From: Takakia lepidozioides
Lineage: Eukaryota; Plantae; Bryophyta
Length of the DNA: 64,000 nt
Reading direction: 5' to 3'
NCBI GenBank assembly: GCA_030704615.1
Contig: CM060733.1
Location: 43,896,001 to 43,960,000, forward strand
The notes below the pieces were generated by a model. That model was not told the DNA's origin, searched no databases, and saw only the letters and a program-made list of their open reading frames with translations. Positions 12,620 through 25,734 of this stretch are shown here, in pieces; positions within the stretch are counted from its first letter, which is position 1; every line of letters starts with the position of its first letter. The position numbers and the translations under genes are program-made.

Positions 12620-15600
12620 AGACACTATAAATTTTCTTTACTGACATACCAGATTTTTTAAAGGGTACTGAAAAGGAATTCTACATATGATGTGGGAATG
12701 AATGAGGAAGTTAAAGAAAAAGCTAAACAAGACAGAGCTGAACGAATAGAGAAATATGCTGCAGAAAGGGAGGCTCGGTTAAGAGAAGAGTTCCCATAAT
12801 TACAGAACTTGAAAATTATTCAAGGTGAGACATCAAACAGTGATAAACCAGAAGATCAGGAAATCGGATCGGTGGGAAGTGGGAACACTACACCAGAAGA
12901 AGTTGCCAGTAATGTACTTGGTGAATGGTTACCACAAGAAAGATCTGAAGGACCTTCTACAGTAACAAGCCCAAATAGAGGTTTTGCTGAAATATTAGAA
13001 GAAAGATTTGAGAACATTTGAGTGAAGAAGGTGAAAAAAGAATGAAAGCACTTCTCCAGAAAAGATAACCAGAACTGCACTCAAAGCTTTTAAAGATTCA
13101 TTAAGCTTAGTAGGGACAGCAGTTGGAAGACGACTATCATTGGGACAAGGACCTCCTAGCTTTGAATCACTGTTTGGAAGACAAACACCAACACCACCAC
13201 AGCCAGCAGCAGCGGGACCATCCCAGTTTGGACAACCAATTGCACCAGCAGCACCAGTTGCACCAGCTACACCGATGGCTTTAGTAGCAAGCAAAACCAG
13301 ACCACCATTTCCTTTATATCATGGGAAATCTGATCCAGATATCCATCTTAATCAATTTGAAAACATGTGCACCATTTACAATGAAGCAACAGACCAAGAG
13401 AAGATCCGACTATTTCCTTGTTCAATGGCCCGAAAAGGCATTGAATGGTTGGCAACTTTCCCAACCAATCACTTTGCGAATTGGGCGGATATGAGAGCCG
13501 CGTTTCAAGAAAGATATAGATCCAACAAATCCACGTCTGAAATCTTCACAGGATTACAAAACCTAAGACAGAAAAAGAAAGAATTGGTAGTCGACTACCT
13601 GGAGAGAATAAAGACTCTAATCAGGAAACTACCTCAAGCACCAGGGGATGATTTGCAAAAATCATGGTTCATCAATGGACTTCGTCCTGAATACGTAACC
13701 ATGGTTACAGTCAACACTTTGGCTGAAGCAGTAGGAACTGCAAAGAAGTTGGAATTGGGATTCCATCAGAGCAGAAGCAAAGATTCCAAGGATCTCTTGG
13801 AAGAAGAAGACTCTGATGATGAAGAAAAGCCCAAGCAAAAGAAGAAAGAAGTGATTGACAAAATCACTTTAGATCAGAAGATAGCAGAGGCTATCAAGAA
13901 TTTTAAAGATGAAGGGCCACGAAAGGCAACATGGTGTCACAAATGCGGGACTGCAGGACACCTGGCAACGGAATGCCATATGAAGGACAAATACTGTGAT
14001 ATTTGTCATATGAACAATCATAATACCAGCCATTGTATTTACAACCAACAGGCCAAGAAGACTGGGTACACACGAGAGGTGGGGGTACACCAAGTCCAAA
14101 TCTGACGGGGAGGATCGGACGAACCAAGACGATACAACATGGGTAATCGTTATCAGAGGCCACAAAATGAATATCCACCAAGGGATAGGGAACATCAACC
14201 CAGAAACAAAGAAAGCACGAGATGCCACTATTGCAAGAAAGAGGGACACTGGAAACATGAATGCCAGTTGCGAATCAAGCATGAGGCAGAAGTGGGAAAT
14301 ATGGAAGCCGGACCAAGTGTAGCCGTAAGTGTGGTAACCCTGTAGTGGATACTCTTGCGGTAACCCGAACTCAGGCCAAGAAACAGAAACCTCCAGATAA
14401 GGAGATTGAAGAAGAACGGAAACAATATCCAGAAAGTGTAGCATGGCAGGAGAAAAAGAGCTTACACCATGAAGTAAGTAAAACCATAGCTCAAATGCAA
14501 GAGGGAACCCATATACCTTCTGGAGAGCCAACTCCAGATAAGCAAATCAGACCAACGGTGAAGACCATGAATACAACCACGGAAACAGAATTGGCCGAAG
14601 TAATCTGCCAGACCAAGACCCAAATTACCATTGGACAATTATTAAAAATTGCTCCACACTGCAAGAAAACTTTATTTCGAGCAATCGAGGCATTGACCCC
14701 CACACCAAAACAAAAACCAACACCAGAGGTTTACATGATTAAACCCAAAACTATACGACAAACTCCAGATTACGACGAAGCAGTACCCGTAATACAAGTA
14801 CGTATTGGACGGAAGATGGTAACGAATGTACTCATCGATGGAGGATCAGGAGTGAATATCATGACAGAAAAGATGAAGAAGTCATTAGGATTGGGGCACA
14901 TGGAACCTGCTCCATTCACGGTACGAATGGCTGATCAACGAAAAGTGCAGCCATTGGGGATCATCAGACGACTTGCAATGGAAGTAGCAGGACTGATATA
15001 CAAAATATCAGTAACCATTCTCAGAATGGAGGATGTGGCAGAGGGATATTCACTACTACTTGGCCGACCATGGTTAACACAAGCCCAATCACACCACGAT
15101 TGGGGAAGTCAAACTCTCACAATCAAAAAGGGAGCAGAACAAGTCACCATCACGACGAAGCAACGAGGTACCATTCCACGAGAGGAACGACCTTGCATAG
15201 TGGAAGAATATGATTGGTCCAGTGGACTGTCGGATGAAGAAGAAGCCACAGTATACGCAGCACATCCACAGTTGGAACCTATTGGACAACTGGTGGTCAA
15301 GCATACCACAACAGTAGGATATCACATGGTGAACACCCAAGGAGAACCAAATACTTTGAGAAATGAAGATCCAGAGGAAGAAGCGATGGACACACCTCAA
15401 CACCCGGCCCGGTTCTATCAAGAAAGGGAAGAAGACATTAAAATCAGTGAAGTACCTGCCACAATTGCAACCATCGGACAAGAGATTGCAGGATGGACAG
15501 TAACGGAAGAAACTCAATTGATTCAAGTGAATTTGGGAACAGTGGAAGAACCACAGATAATACGAGTAAGTGCAGGTCTCGAAGAATCATTTCTACAAGA

Positions 15601-15632
15601 AGCCACTGCATTATTCACTAAATACAATGATG
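12620..15632 (+). pseudogene. gag-pol: Ty3/gypsy gag-protease of a second family (R2), cut just before RT by element B
   Basis: Gag core in 13140-14105, three CCHC knuckles, protease VLIDGGSGVN and LLLGRPWL. Ends at LFTKYND just before the expected DVFAW. Left boundary approximate. Confidence 0.9.
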
Positions 15633-15853
15633 GGGGGCTGCTATTTCATGAGCGGCATGAGCATGAGCGGAAAAAAAAAAAGCATGAGCAGACCATTGTG
15701 AGTCCACGGAAATAGGGTTAGGAGGCACGGAAATAGGGTCATGTGAAGTTGGAATGTGGCACCAGTGGACTTGAAATGCAACATGTTATTGCAAATTTTG
15801 TGGCAAGCCACGTCTATACAAGTGTGTTCTAACTGTCATAGCCAGAATGGGCA

Positions 15854-18800
15854 CTACTCTCCTACACCCTCCGAGGAACTTGCCCCACCTTCTTCCTCAT
15901 CCCCCTCATCCCCCTCGTCCTCCGAGCTCTGTGATGCATCAGTTCCACTATGCCTCTCAAAAATCCCGTCCTCTCCTTGGGGGACTGTCCACCTCACCTC
16001 CTGGGAATCTTCTGCGTCTTCTCCCCCACTTTCCTCAGCAGAATCCAAGACAAAATCTACGAGCCCGACGGGCTCTAATAGCTGCTGCCTCCTCCCTCAT
16101 CTTCATTTTCTTGAGGCTTGCCTCGTCTAAAATCTGCTGTACACGACTACGTTCGGAACACCTCCTAATGGACACCAAAGCAAGCCGGGCAGCATAAGTA
16201 GGAAGGATGTACTTCCTTTCTGGACTAGGCATGAAATCCCCCCTGGCAAAAAAAGGCACGTTCCTCCTGCCCATGAACTCCGGTGTAGACGTCCCTCCGG
16301 CAGTACTTGGCATCCTACAGTAAGAACAAATCCACTTCAAGAATGTCAATACCAGCACAACCACAAAGGGTTTTCAATGAAATAAGAGAGCGGAGGGAGG
16401 TGCCTCACGAAATCTGGAGGCAACTTACAATGCCACCACTCACTCGTAAACCGGGGGCTCCTCGGCCTCAATCCCAACTTCCTCCCCCTGCTCCTTCTCG
16501 GATTTTTCCTCATCCTCCGAGGATGCCTCTTCCTCTTTCGGCAGACATTCAGCCGCTGCAAGTTCCGAGTTGTGGAGGGCAGTATCTGGCTCGAAGGCGA
16601 ACACATGCCTGTCGGACAACGTCCCTGCCCACATTGAAGCACCTGAGGAACAAAGTGGGCGGTTAATAGCTTGCGGCATGCAATTGCAATCGGGCCAGGG
16701 GACAAACTGAGCACGTGAAGGCTTACCCGTGCCGCATGTGAGGTCCAGAATCCGCCCTTGGACATCCGAGCACGTCTCCATGAGGGTTTGGATGAAAGCA
16801 GGGCTCCGGGTCCGGCTGTACCGCCACAGTTTGCCTGTCTTTGTGTCCTTCGGCATACTGGAGTGGGGCACATAGTTGTAGAGGACATTGTAGGTTACAG
16901 GGTCCACAACGGCATCAACAAGACGACCGTCGTTGCGGAATTTGAATGTAGACCCTCTCTTCACAAAGCAATATGCCTCAAACACCAATGTCTGCACACC
17001 CAACAAAGAAGGGATCAACTCCAGGGTCTACTTAACATACACCACAATATGAAGTGAATGCAATAGATTGATAACTTACACTTTGGCCCTCTGTTCGCAA
17101 CCCCTGCGTACTGATGTAGAACCATTTTCTGAGGAGGACCGGGGTGACACTTTTCGGTGTCCACCTTGCCGCCGCATTCTCTGTGGTCTTCCCTCTCGTG
17201 GCAAGGACAACCACACATCCACCGTCATCCAGAAGCATCCCCGCCAGCCCAAACCCGGCTTCCCAGTAGTCCTCAGTAAACCTGTTCCAGGTGGGCACAC
17301 CATCCAGGCCCTCTAGCAGCTCCCCATCTGGAATGTCGAGGAGAATCATGTCGCAAGCTCTCTCCACCTCAACCCCCCCCCCCCCCCCCGAGTGCTCTTG
17401 CAATTCGTGCTCACAGCCAAGTCCCTGAACGGCAATAGGGCCTGGAACTGGAAAATGGCGCCGAATTTCCACTTTAGGGCCAGCCAGTCTAGGGACTTAG
17501 CCCGAAAATGGCCAAGTCCCTGAACGACAATAGGGCCTAGAACTGGAAAATGGCGCCGAATTTCCAGTTCAGGGCCAGCCAGTCTAGGGACTTAGCCATT
17601 TTTGGAGCCCTGACTGGAAATTCAGCGCCATTTTCCCTAACACCACATGAGGCCTCTAACATCCTGAAATGCAAGGACTTGAAAGAAAGACAGCGCGTAT
17701 GTACCTGTACAGAAGGCGCATTGCTGCTTTGTCCGCGTTCGGCTGGTCGGTGAACTCGTGGCTCCGGCGAGCATCTGCTATCTCCCGAAAGAATAGGTTG
17801 GTTTTGTAGAGCAGAAAGTACCTCGTCACATAGTCACGTAGGCTCTCTGCTGCAGGAGATATCTCCATCTTGAACTGATGTGCTTGTGTGTCCAGCTGCT
17901 CTTGCGCATTCGTCGTCACCTGTGGAGATTATCCATCAGATCGCTTTCCTGAAAAAATACAATGAATCCACCCCCTACTAGAGTAGAAGCCCCAAACGAA
18001 GCGTGGGGAAGTACCTGAAACCACCATGTCATGCGGTTCATCCACATGTCGAATGTGGGGTCAGAGAGTTTGTCCGGTTTAGGGAAGCTCCACATGTCCC
18101 TAGTACTTTGGGAACCATTCCAGATTTGGAGCCACCGGGTCTGTCCAACCACCCAGCATATTCGTAAGCGCCAAACACCACAAAAAGGAGTTGTTGCCAC
18201 CACAATTTGGTTAAGAATGTATCACCTTTTCTGTTGCATCCACACAGGATGTGGCTAGACGATGGAGCCTCCAATGTCATCGTGGGCTTCAGAGCGCGAG
18301 AGTAGTGCTTCCCCACCTCCACCAGAAAGTCGGCACCAAGGGTGGGATCAGCTATGGCCACGTACTTTACCATCCGCGACTTGTACTTTATGCGGGCCCT
18401 CACCTCCGCAGCTTTGACATACGATTCGAGTTCCGGGAGGGTTGGATTCTTCTCCTCTGACTCCATGTAGAACCTCCGCGCATGTGCCAAATCCTGCTGT
18501 ATTTTTGTCTGTCAAGAATGCGCACATAAGATTAGAGATCCTGCTCAACACAATTTCTTCTATTGGGGGAGGAGATTAGAAATCACGGTGAAGACCTTTT
18601 CTTCTATTGGGGGAGGAGAGACAGATTAGCTCAACAAAACTGTCAGGAGCTTTACCCGAAATATGTAGTCCACCATGGCGTCGACGCTCAGCCTATACCA
18701 GGTTCTGTCTGCCTTTGCCTCCGACTTGCGCAGGAGGTCGGCACTGAGGGAATTGGCAAACTCTTGCACCCCCTGCTTCCCGACATCCTTCACTCGGAAG

Positions 18801-20928
18801 AGCATATGGGACAAGTTGGTGGCAATGAAGGCATTCTCAGTCACCCTGCAGTGCCACATTTCCATCAAACAATACTGAAATGGGAATTTCCATCATATAT
18901 GAGGATTCGCAATGAAATGACTTCCAAATTCAAAGTCCAAAAGCGAGAGGGGTTGTAGCTTACGAGTTGATGTCGGCCATTGCAGCTTTGAGAAGACTGC
19001 GATCTTTGGGCCCCGCAACCTTCAGCACAACACAATCCACTGCGAAATGCCAATCGAGGTCGTTGGGGTGGGCTTGGGCAATGTGCTCCATCCATGCCAG
19101 GAGGCGATGATTGCCGTCCCACACGTAGAACATCTTACCAGACAAGTGCTGGAAAAGAGGATCACTAGCAATCGATCTCTCGAACTCCTCATTTCGCGTT
19201 TGCCAATGGGGACCCCATTTGTCCACCTCATCGGAAGTGTGGGCACGGGAAGCTCCGTGGTCGTTCTCAATGGAAACGTAAAACGCGGCAGACCCCATTC
19301 GATATCCATCCCGGAAAGAGAATTTCAGCTTGTCGATATCGCCTGGGAGGGCAGGTCTCACCACTTGCAATGACACCAAGCGGCAAAGGGGAATTCGAAG
19401 CTTGGCCGGGTACACCATGCCCCCCAGCACCCTGCCAATGTTGCTGTGGGTGGCCTCCAACATCTTGGCAGCGGCCAACTTCATATCCGCCTCAGACATG
19501 ATGTCTGCTGCAGAGGGGTTTTCTGGCAGCCCACCAGGACCGCCAAATCCAGCCTGTATGCTCCGGGTTTGGGGCCTGGGGATGTCCGGGAGGATGTCAT
19601 CCTGGTCAGAAAGCTCCATGTTGTCCTCCTCAACAGGGTCAGCCACCTGCGAAACCACCTCCAGCACTCTCCCTGTCTCTACTGCCCTCTCCCTGGCTTC
19701 ACCTCGAACTTGCACAATCCGTGCTCTTTCTGGTGTTCTTTCCTCTCCTCCACTCTCCACCGTATGGGTAATTGCAGGGGCTGCTCTTGCCCGCGATGGT
19801 CTAACCCGTGTGTTACTGCCTCTCTGTGGTGTCTTGGAGGGATCCACCGTCTCTGTGCGTCCCTCGCTTACATTGGCATCTGTCATTTGGGCACCCCTGG
19901 CCTCTTCAGCTGCCTTTTCTCTTTCCTCCTGGCTAGCATTCTGTCTCGTTTGTTCTTTTTCCCTCTCACGGGCTTTCTGTTTCTTACTAGGGCTAGCAGC
20001 AGGGGAGCCCTCCAGGACGACCACCTTTGATTGAGGCGAACTGACACCCTCGCGCGCACTGCTCACTCCCCCCTCCGCAGCCCGTGACGGCTCTCTCGCC
20101 GGGGATTGCATGTGCTTAGTTTTCTTCTTTTTCTTTGCGTGGGCGGGCCCTACTGCATGTGCATGAACAACCTCCATTGCCGGATCTGCTGTCCTCATGT
20201 CCTCACGCCTTCACCTGCCATGCCGCCTGCACCAACCTCCCCAATGCCTATTCTGTCGTACTCTCGTTGCAAGTCCTCCCGTCCACCAACAAAAGGTTTA
20301 AGTTTGCCCTCTCGCCCCAAGTTGGGCAATTCAAACATGCGATGAGTTGGAGCTGTCAATGATACCACCAGCGTGCCGGGCTCGTCGTCACTCTGTCATT
20401 GACAAAAATCGTGAAAACCAACATCGGTGCAAAAACCAGCATCGCAACGAGCAGCGCAACCACCATAGCAACAATCGTGTAGCAAAAATGAAAACATAAC
20501 AAGTTTAGGAAGTATGGAGAGCCATGCAACAACAATGAAAACAAATGCAACCATTGCCTGAGAATGACATGCACAAGCAGCCTTCTCCAGAGCTGCCGGA
20601 TTTGCACACGCATTGCAAACAATCTAAGGTTCACTCAACTATCTAAAGTTCACTCATCCAGCGAAGCCAGGATGAAGATGCAAAAACAAAGCGAGGTAAC
20701 AAAGCGAAAGCAAAAAAGAAATCGAACAAACCCAAAGCAGAAGTGGCTTGCCTGAGAGTACTCGGCTTCAGTTGGCGCGGGTTGTGAGCAAGACACTGGA
20801 ATCTCCTGCTGGAGCTTCAGTTTGGCCATGCGAGAGATTGGCCGTCGTCCGTAGTACAGAGCTTTCAACTTCCGCCGCGGTCTGGATGTGAGGTCTCTCT
20901 CAGGAGAGCCACGCCCTTCAGGCGGCAT
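15854..20928 (-). pseudogene. Multi-exon gene: low-complexity N-terminus, ParB/Srx-like domain, beta-class N6A/N4C DNA-methyltransferase-like domain, acidic tail
   Basis: IPLCRL..VRP..DIDKLKFSF..FYVWDGNHRLLAW (ParB/Srx-like, motif at 19104-19130). DMILLDIPDG (motif IV position, 17324-17352). RSPAFIQTLMETCSDVQGRILDLTCGTG|ASMWAGTLSDRHVFAFEPD (motifs X-I-II). Frame-preserving GT-AG introns at 18846-18963, 18494-18655 and 16643-16726. Some frameshifts; 5' exons tentative. Confidence 0.75.
17410..17620. repeat. Two hairpin-type units (AGTCCC...GGCGCC...GGGACTTAGCC) inside the ParB-MTase gene
   Basis: Same unit type as the 42060-43590 array of element C. Confidence 0.7.
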
Positions 20929-21014
20929 AAGTCCCAGCCAAAAAGATCTCCGTTTTTGGGGTACATGCCTCGAATAGCATGTTAAGCCAAGATTAGCATG
21001 AGATTTAGGGTACG

Positions 21015-21928
21015 TGTCGCGCGGCTTTTACTCACCCATCCCTTCGCTATTCGAGGCGGAAACTCCAAGATAGAAGAGTTGGAAATCTCTAAGTACTCAG
21101 CCCGCGCAGAACAATCAGTCATGACCTACAGCTAGTGTATCATGGGGGTGTTTCCTATTTGTTTCCCTTTTGGCATTCATGTTAGCTACCTTACCATTGA
21201 TAATTAAGTACCAGTTTGCTTTATCAATCTATTGGATTCCATCAACTCATCCATTCATTCCACAGCTTCACTCAGATCTCTCTACACAGTGTGATTGTAT
21301 CGTATAAGTATCCGATTATGATTTATCAGGTGTCAGGCCGAAGCCATTGTGTCTCTAATCTGCTCTACAATATCACTACAACTTTGCATTAACAAACATC
21401 TACTCATCATCTCTCCATCTTCGCTTCCGTTCTTCATCTCTGCCCGATCCCCTCTCCTGCATGACCAAGAATTGCTTCCCCACCAGTGCCTCCAAGAAAC
21501 CCCCCAAAAAGCCCCTGCTTCCTCCTTTATCTTCCTACCCGTGGCTCTAACCGTTTCCCTCACTAACCGTCATCCGTGAACTAACATGTTCCTTTTGCAG
21601 GTGTTGTTCCCCACAGTCGTTCCCTGTCCTGCTCTCCGTTCCCTATGGTCGTGACAGTTGTGTCAAGCTGTGACTGGCTGTGTGAAACTGTGACGGGCTG
21701 TGACTGGCTGTGCGACTGTGTTTGGCTGTGTCTGCTGTGATGACTGTGACGGGCTGTGACTGCTGTGATGGGCTGTGTTGGCTGTGTCGGTTGTGACGGG
21801 CTGTGTAACCCCCCTGTACAGTGCGCTCCTGTCACCCCTAAGGCTCCTGTTGGTCTCAGTCTGTGCAAAATTAAGGGTACCCTATAGATCCCGTATTAAG
21901 TGTCTAAGTCCCAGACAGTCCTCTAACA
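21015..21928 (-). repeat. R1 LTR (3')
   Basis: Termini TGTTAGAGG...GCGCGACA on the minus strand; matches 30239-31315 and 43915-44918; CACAGC-rich internal repeats. Confidence 0.95.
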
Positions 21929-21966
21929 TTACCGCTTCCCCTCTTAAAAAGCCGTGTCCTCACGGT

Positions 21967-24900
21967 TTACTGATTGCGATTAGCAACCCTTTGTGAGTGA
22001 GTACCTTTCTGACGTTGAGAGTTTCGTGGCGGACTGTGTGTACGAGCCCGAGGTATGTCTCTGGTTGACGGAGATGTTTGATCACTACCTGGATAAGTGA
22101 GGCCCTCTGGAGGCTGATATCGAGGTAACCTTTCAGGCATAGGGGACCCCCGTCGCTTCTTCTCTGCCATCTGAATTGCATAGTCTTCTCCCATGTCAAA
22201 AGAATTCGGTGAAGAAACAGTTGTATCAGAATCTTCATCGCCTCTCAGGTGTTTTAATTTTCAAACTTTTTGTGGAATCCTCTGGGGCATACAATGCTGT
22301 CCTACCATGTCTGGAAGTTTATATTTTACAACTTGTTGTAACCGCTGAACAGCAAAATTGGTGTAGACACTGAGCTCCTTGTCTGTCCAGGTGAGTGGGG
22401 TACCAATTACTGGTGCAGCGTGCAAGTATTTCCATGCCACATGTCCCTTATAGAAAATATCATCAATGCCGAATTTCTGTGTTGACAAATTGTTCCAGGC
22501 CGCTTGAAACCATGAACGAATTTGAGAATCCTTTTGCATCATAACTTTTGCGTCATATAGGTACATATGAGGTGGCACCGAAGGTAATACCCAATGATCC
22601 CCACTGGAATAACTCAGAAAGCGCGCTTGCATCTTTTGTTGCTCAATGTGATAACGTACCAGAAAACAAGCAGTGTAGTATAACCCGCATCCCATGACAA
22701 TACTTGCTACCTCCTTGGTCTTGGTATAAATGAGTCCATGTACAACCTGGAAAGCAATTAATTCCCTCAACATGGTACCTGCCTCGTGCCTGTACTGTGC
22801 AAAGTGATGATCCTCAATTGGTCGATTGTTCGGAAGAACTTTAGTCCTAGTTGCCATTGGCAGCCAGATGCGCATGATTTGGTAGTAATGTGTGAATGAC
22901 TGCGGAGGACTAAATTCTTTCCAAGCCAAATCCAACATGATGGGAATTTGGTTGAAGGGCATAATCATAGCCCTACTGTACTCCCTTGCAGCTGGAGTTT
23001 TAGGTGGGTTAAAAGCAGCATTGCCCCATACCTCAGGCTGTGGTAGTTGTGGTGTGGTTGTAGTAATAACAGGTTCAGCTACTGGTACAGTGACTTGTTG
23101 TGGTGTTGGTGGTACTGGCTCTTGTATCATTGGCATCTCCTGCACCTCCTGTGAAGACTGAAAAGCCAAAGTTCTGGCTTGTAAATAAGAAGCCATTAGC
23201 TGTTCCTGAGGGATATAGACTCTTTTGTCGATGTTTGAAGTCAGGTCCTCCACTTGAGTATGCAATCCGTCTATATCCTCCTGTAACTCTGCTATCCTAC
23301 TATAGACATTGTCTATAGTAATTGTGGCAATGTTCTGCACTTGTAGTCTGAGCTCATTCATCTCGCTTTGGGTGAGCTTTCGTGGTGCTTTGCCCTCTAC
23401 TGGCCTTTGTGCTAACCAGACCTGCATAAGGCTGTTATCCACCAAGTTGCTTGTGGTTCCCCTGAGAGTTTGCTCCTCTCTTAGCTTGTACACTTCTAAC
23501 TGCTGTTGTAAAGCCTCCATGCGCTTCGCATGAGGTTCAACCAGATTCGCATAGGCAGCAAGTAGATTATTAGCTTCCTTCCAAGCCTTGTTAGTGACCG
23601 TGATTTCATTTCTATTGGCCACGAGCGTTTGTTGCAACTCCACGATGTGCTTCTCTTGATCAGCTTCAACCTGCCTGTATCGCTTGAAAGTATCCTCATT
23701 GCGACATATTGTGTTCTTCATATCGACAATGAGTTTCATTTGCTCAACATTCTCTTCTTCTGCCTTCGTACATTTTTCCGCTTGACTGTTTATTTCTTTT
23801 GTAGATTGGTCAAGCATAGTTGTGAATGTAGCACATTGTATCGCCATCCTGTCATGCACTGTCTGCAACTCCGTATGTAGTGCATTCACTTCTTGCAACT
23901 TGCTTTCATGCTGCACCTGCATTTGGTATAGCTGTTGCTTATGTGCTTCGTGCAACTGGTCTTGCGCGAGGCCTGCCTCAATTAATTGTTCCTTGGCCAG
24001 TTGCAAAGCCGCTTCTGTATTCTCCAAGTCTTGCTGCATCTTGAGAGTGAGCTCTTCATCGACCTTGTTTGCACATTCAGTGGCTAGTCGAGCTTCAAAC
24101 TCCTTCCTGAGTTCCTCTCTCAAGGCTGTCAATTGGGTAGTTGGAACATGGGATTTGACATAAGTCCCCAACAAATTAAGTGTCCTGCCTATGGAACTCA
24201 TCAGCATTGCCTGTTGAGGGTCATCATGGTGAGGTTGCTGCTGTTCCTCCTGATCCTCAATAGTGTGATGTCTCACGAACCACTCAGGCCATTGTCCCAC
24301 CGGATTTTCTTCCTGAACCACTTCATCTATCACCGGTGCTACAGTGTCATGACCTTCTGCCTGTGGTACCTCCGACACAGGTGTGCATATTATATGAACC
24401 TCAGGATTTCCCTTGGGCAACTGTTGCACCTCTGGAATCTCTGTCTCCTTGACCAGACCAGAATATTCATAGAGAAGGTCCCCCTTCTCCATTTCTGCCA
24501 CTATCTGTTCTGTAGTTGGAATATCTAACCCTTCTTTTTCCAAATCAATTATTTCTGGTTGAGCTGCATGGACAACTTGTGACCTTGTGACAAGCCGATC
24601 AGCTGGCTGTGATGGTTGTAATACTGAAGTAACTTCCTCCTCCCTCTCTGAAGGTCCTGCTTCCAGTAATAGCATTTCTCTGTGCTGCTGTGCCCCTTCC
24701 TGCACATGAGCTTGGGAAACATTATCATGCGGAATCCGTGAAGCCAGTGGATCCGCCACTACAATCTTTCCCCGTCTCTGCCTCTTAGTCTCGGGTTGCC
24801 CTGCTAGTCCACCCTCACTGTGTGAAGAGCCTTGCTCTTCCATTGCAGTGGTTTATGGCTCAAACACTCCCATCTCCTTTCTTTCTTGCGCATCAAGTAT

Positions 24901-25734
24901 GCCAGAATCAAGAATTATTTGAGCAATGATTGGGCCAGACACTATGATAGGAGACTTTGCGGTAGTACCTTGTAATCTTTTCATCTCCTCCACCAGTGCG
25001 TTGTATATTATGTCCGCACATTGTACCTCTTGTCCCTTCAGGGCTTTGAGTATTTCCTCCGTGAAGGATCTGCTCAAATACTGTTGGTTCTATTTCATGG
25101 CAATCAGAACGTTCAATACCTAACCTACCTCCTTTAGCCCTGGGTACACAACCTTGGTACAAGCATAACCCTGAGTTTTAAAGAAACTCCCTTCTTGGAA
25201 TAAGTCCCCTATTTGCAGTCTTGCCCTGTGTTCCTCCACATGCACCTGACCTGCTGGCAATCGAAACAATTGCTGGAGGTATAGGGGAGTAATCACTAAT
25301 TCAACTCCCTTCACCGTTGTTGTTCCTATCCTTGGCTCAAAGTTCTGCAAAAATTGTAACATGTACTGTCTATGGTGTAATGTCCAATCTATGCTTTGCA
25401 ATCCCTGCAATCTCAGCTCCTCCAATATCTGTATCGCCTGTGGGGTAGCAATCGTTTGTTTCTGCAGAATTGTGGTGCTCTTCACCCTGATTTCCTCCAT
25501 TCCTCTCACTCTCTTCATTTTAGACTCACATAACTGTTTTGGCTGTAACAACTGCAGAAATGCCTATAGTGCACAAAGCATAAACGTATGGTTGCCACAA
25601 AAAGCTATGGGTAATTTCTTGTAAGCCTGTGGAGCTTGCAAGCATCGTTCAAGAGAAAAGCTCCGCTCTGTTCTTTCGTGTCTATGCCACTGCGTAAGTA
25701 ATATTGCGAGCGTATAGTCTGTTAGTTCCTCCAT
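21967..25734 (-). pseudogene. R1 extra 3' ORF (~1,255 aa; Athila-like N-terminal domain plus coiled coil), with point stops
   Basis: Track ORFs 25120-25551, 24853-25077, 22261-24843 and 21967-22194 share one frame. Each stop is a sense codon in another copy (CAG, CAG, CAG, GAA, CGA). Confidence 0.8.

Larger units (their letters stand above)
15633..21014. mobile_element. Mutator-like element B (same end as right end of C), truncated by LTR insertion
   Basis: TIR GGGGGCTGCTATTTCATGAGC. 15633-15795 is the near-identical reverse complement of 43600-43763. Confidence 0.85.

Noticed and set aside
14100-14350. Programmed frameshift or readthrough between gag and protease
   Set aside because: No clear slippery site and only one copy; decay or sequencing indels are equally likely.
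19330-20034. Long plus-strand ORFs opposite the ParB exon
   Set aside because: Antisense shadows of a GC-rich coding exon with no recognisable motifs.
18960-20198. Bacterial or plasmid contamination explaining the ParB-like ORF
   Set aside because: The gene has spliceosomal introns, lies inside a TIR element nested in plant gypsy sequence, and has diverged paralogs in the window.
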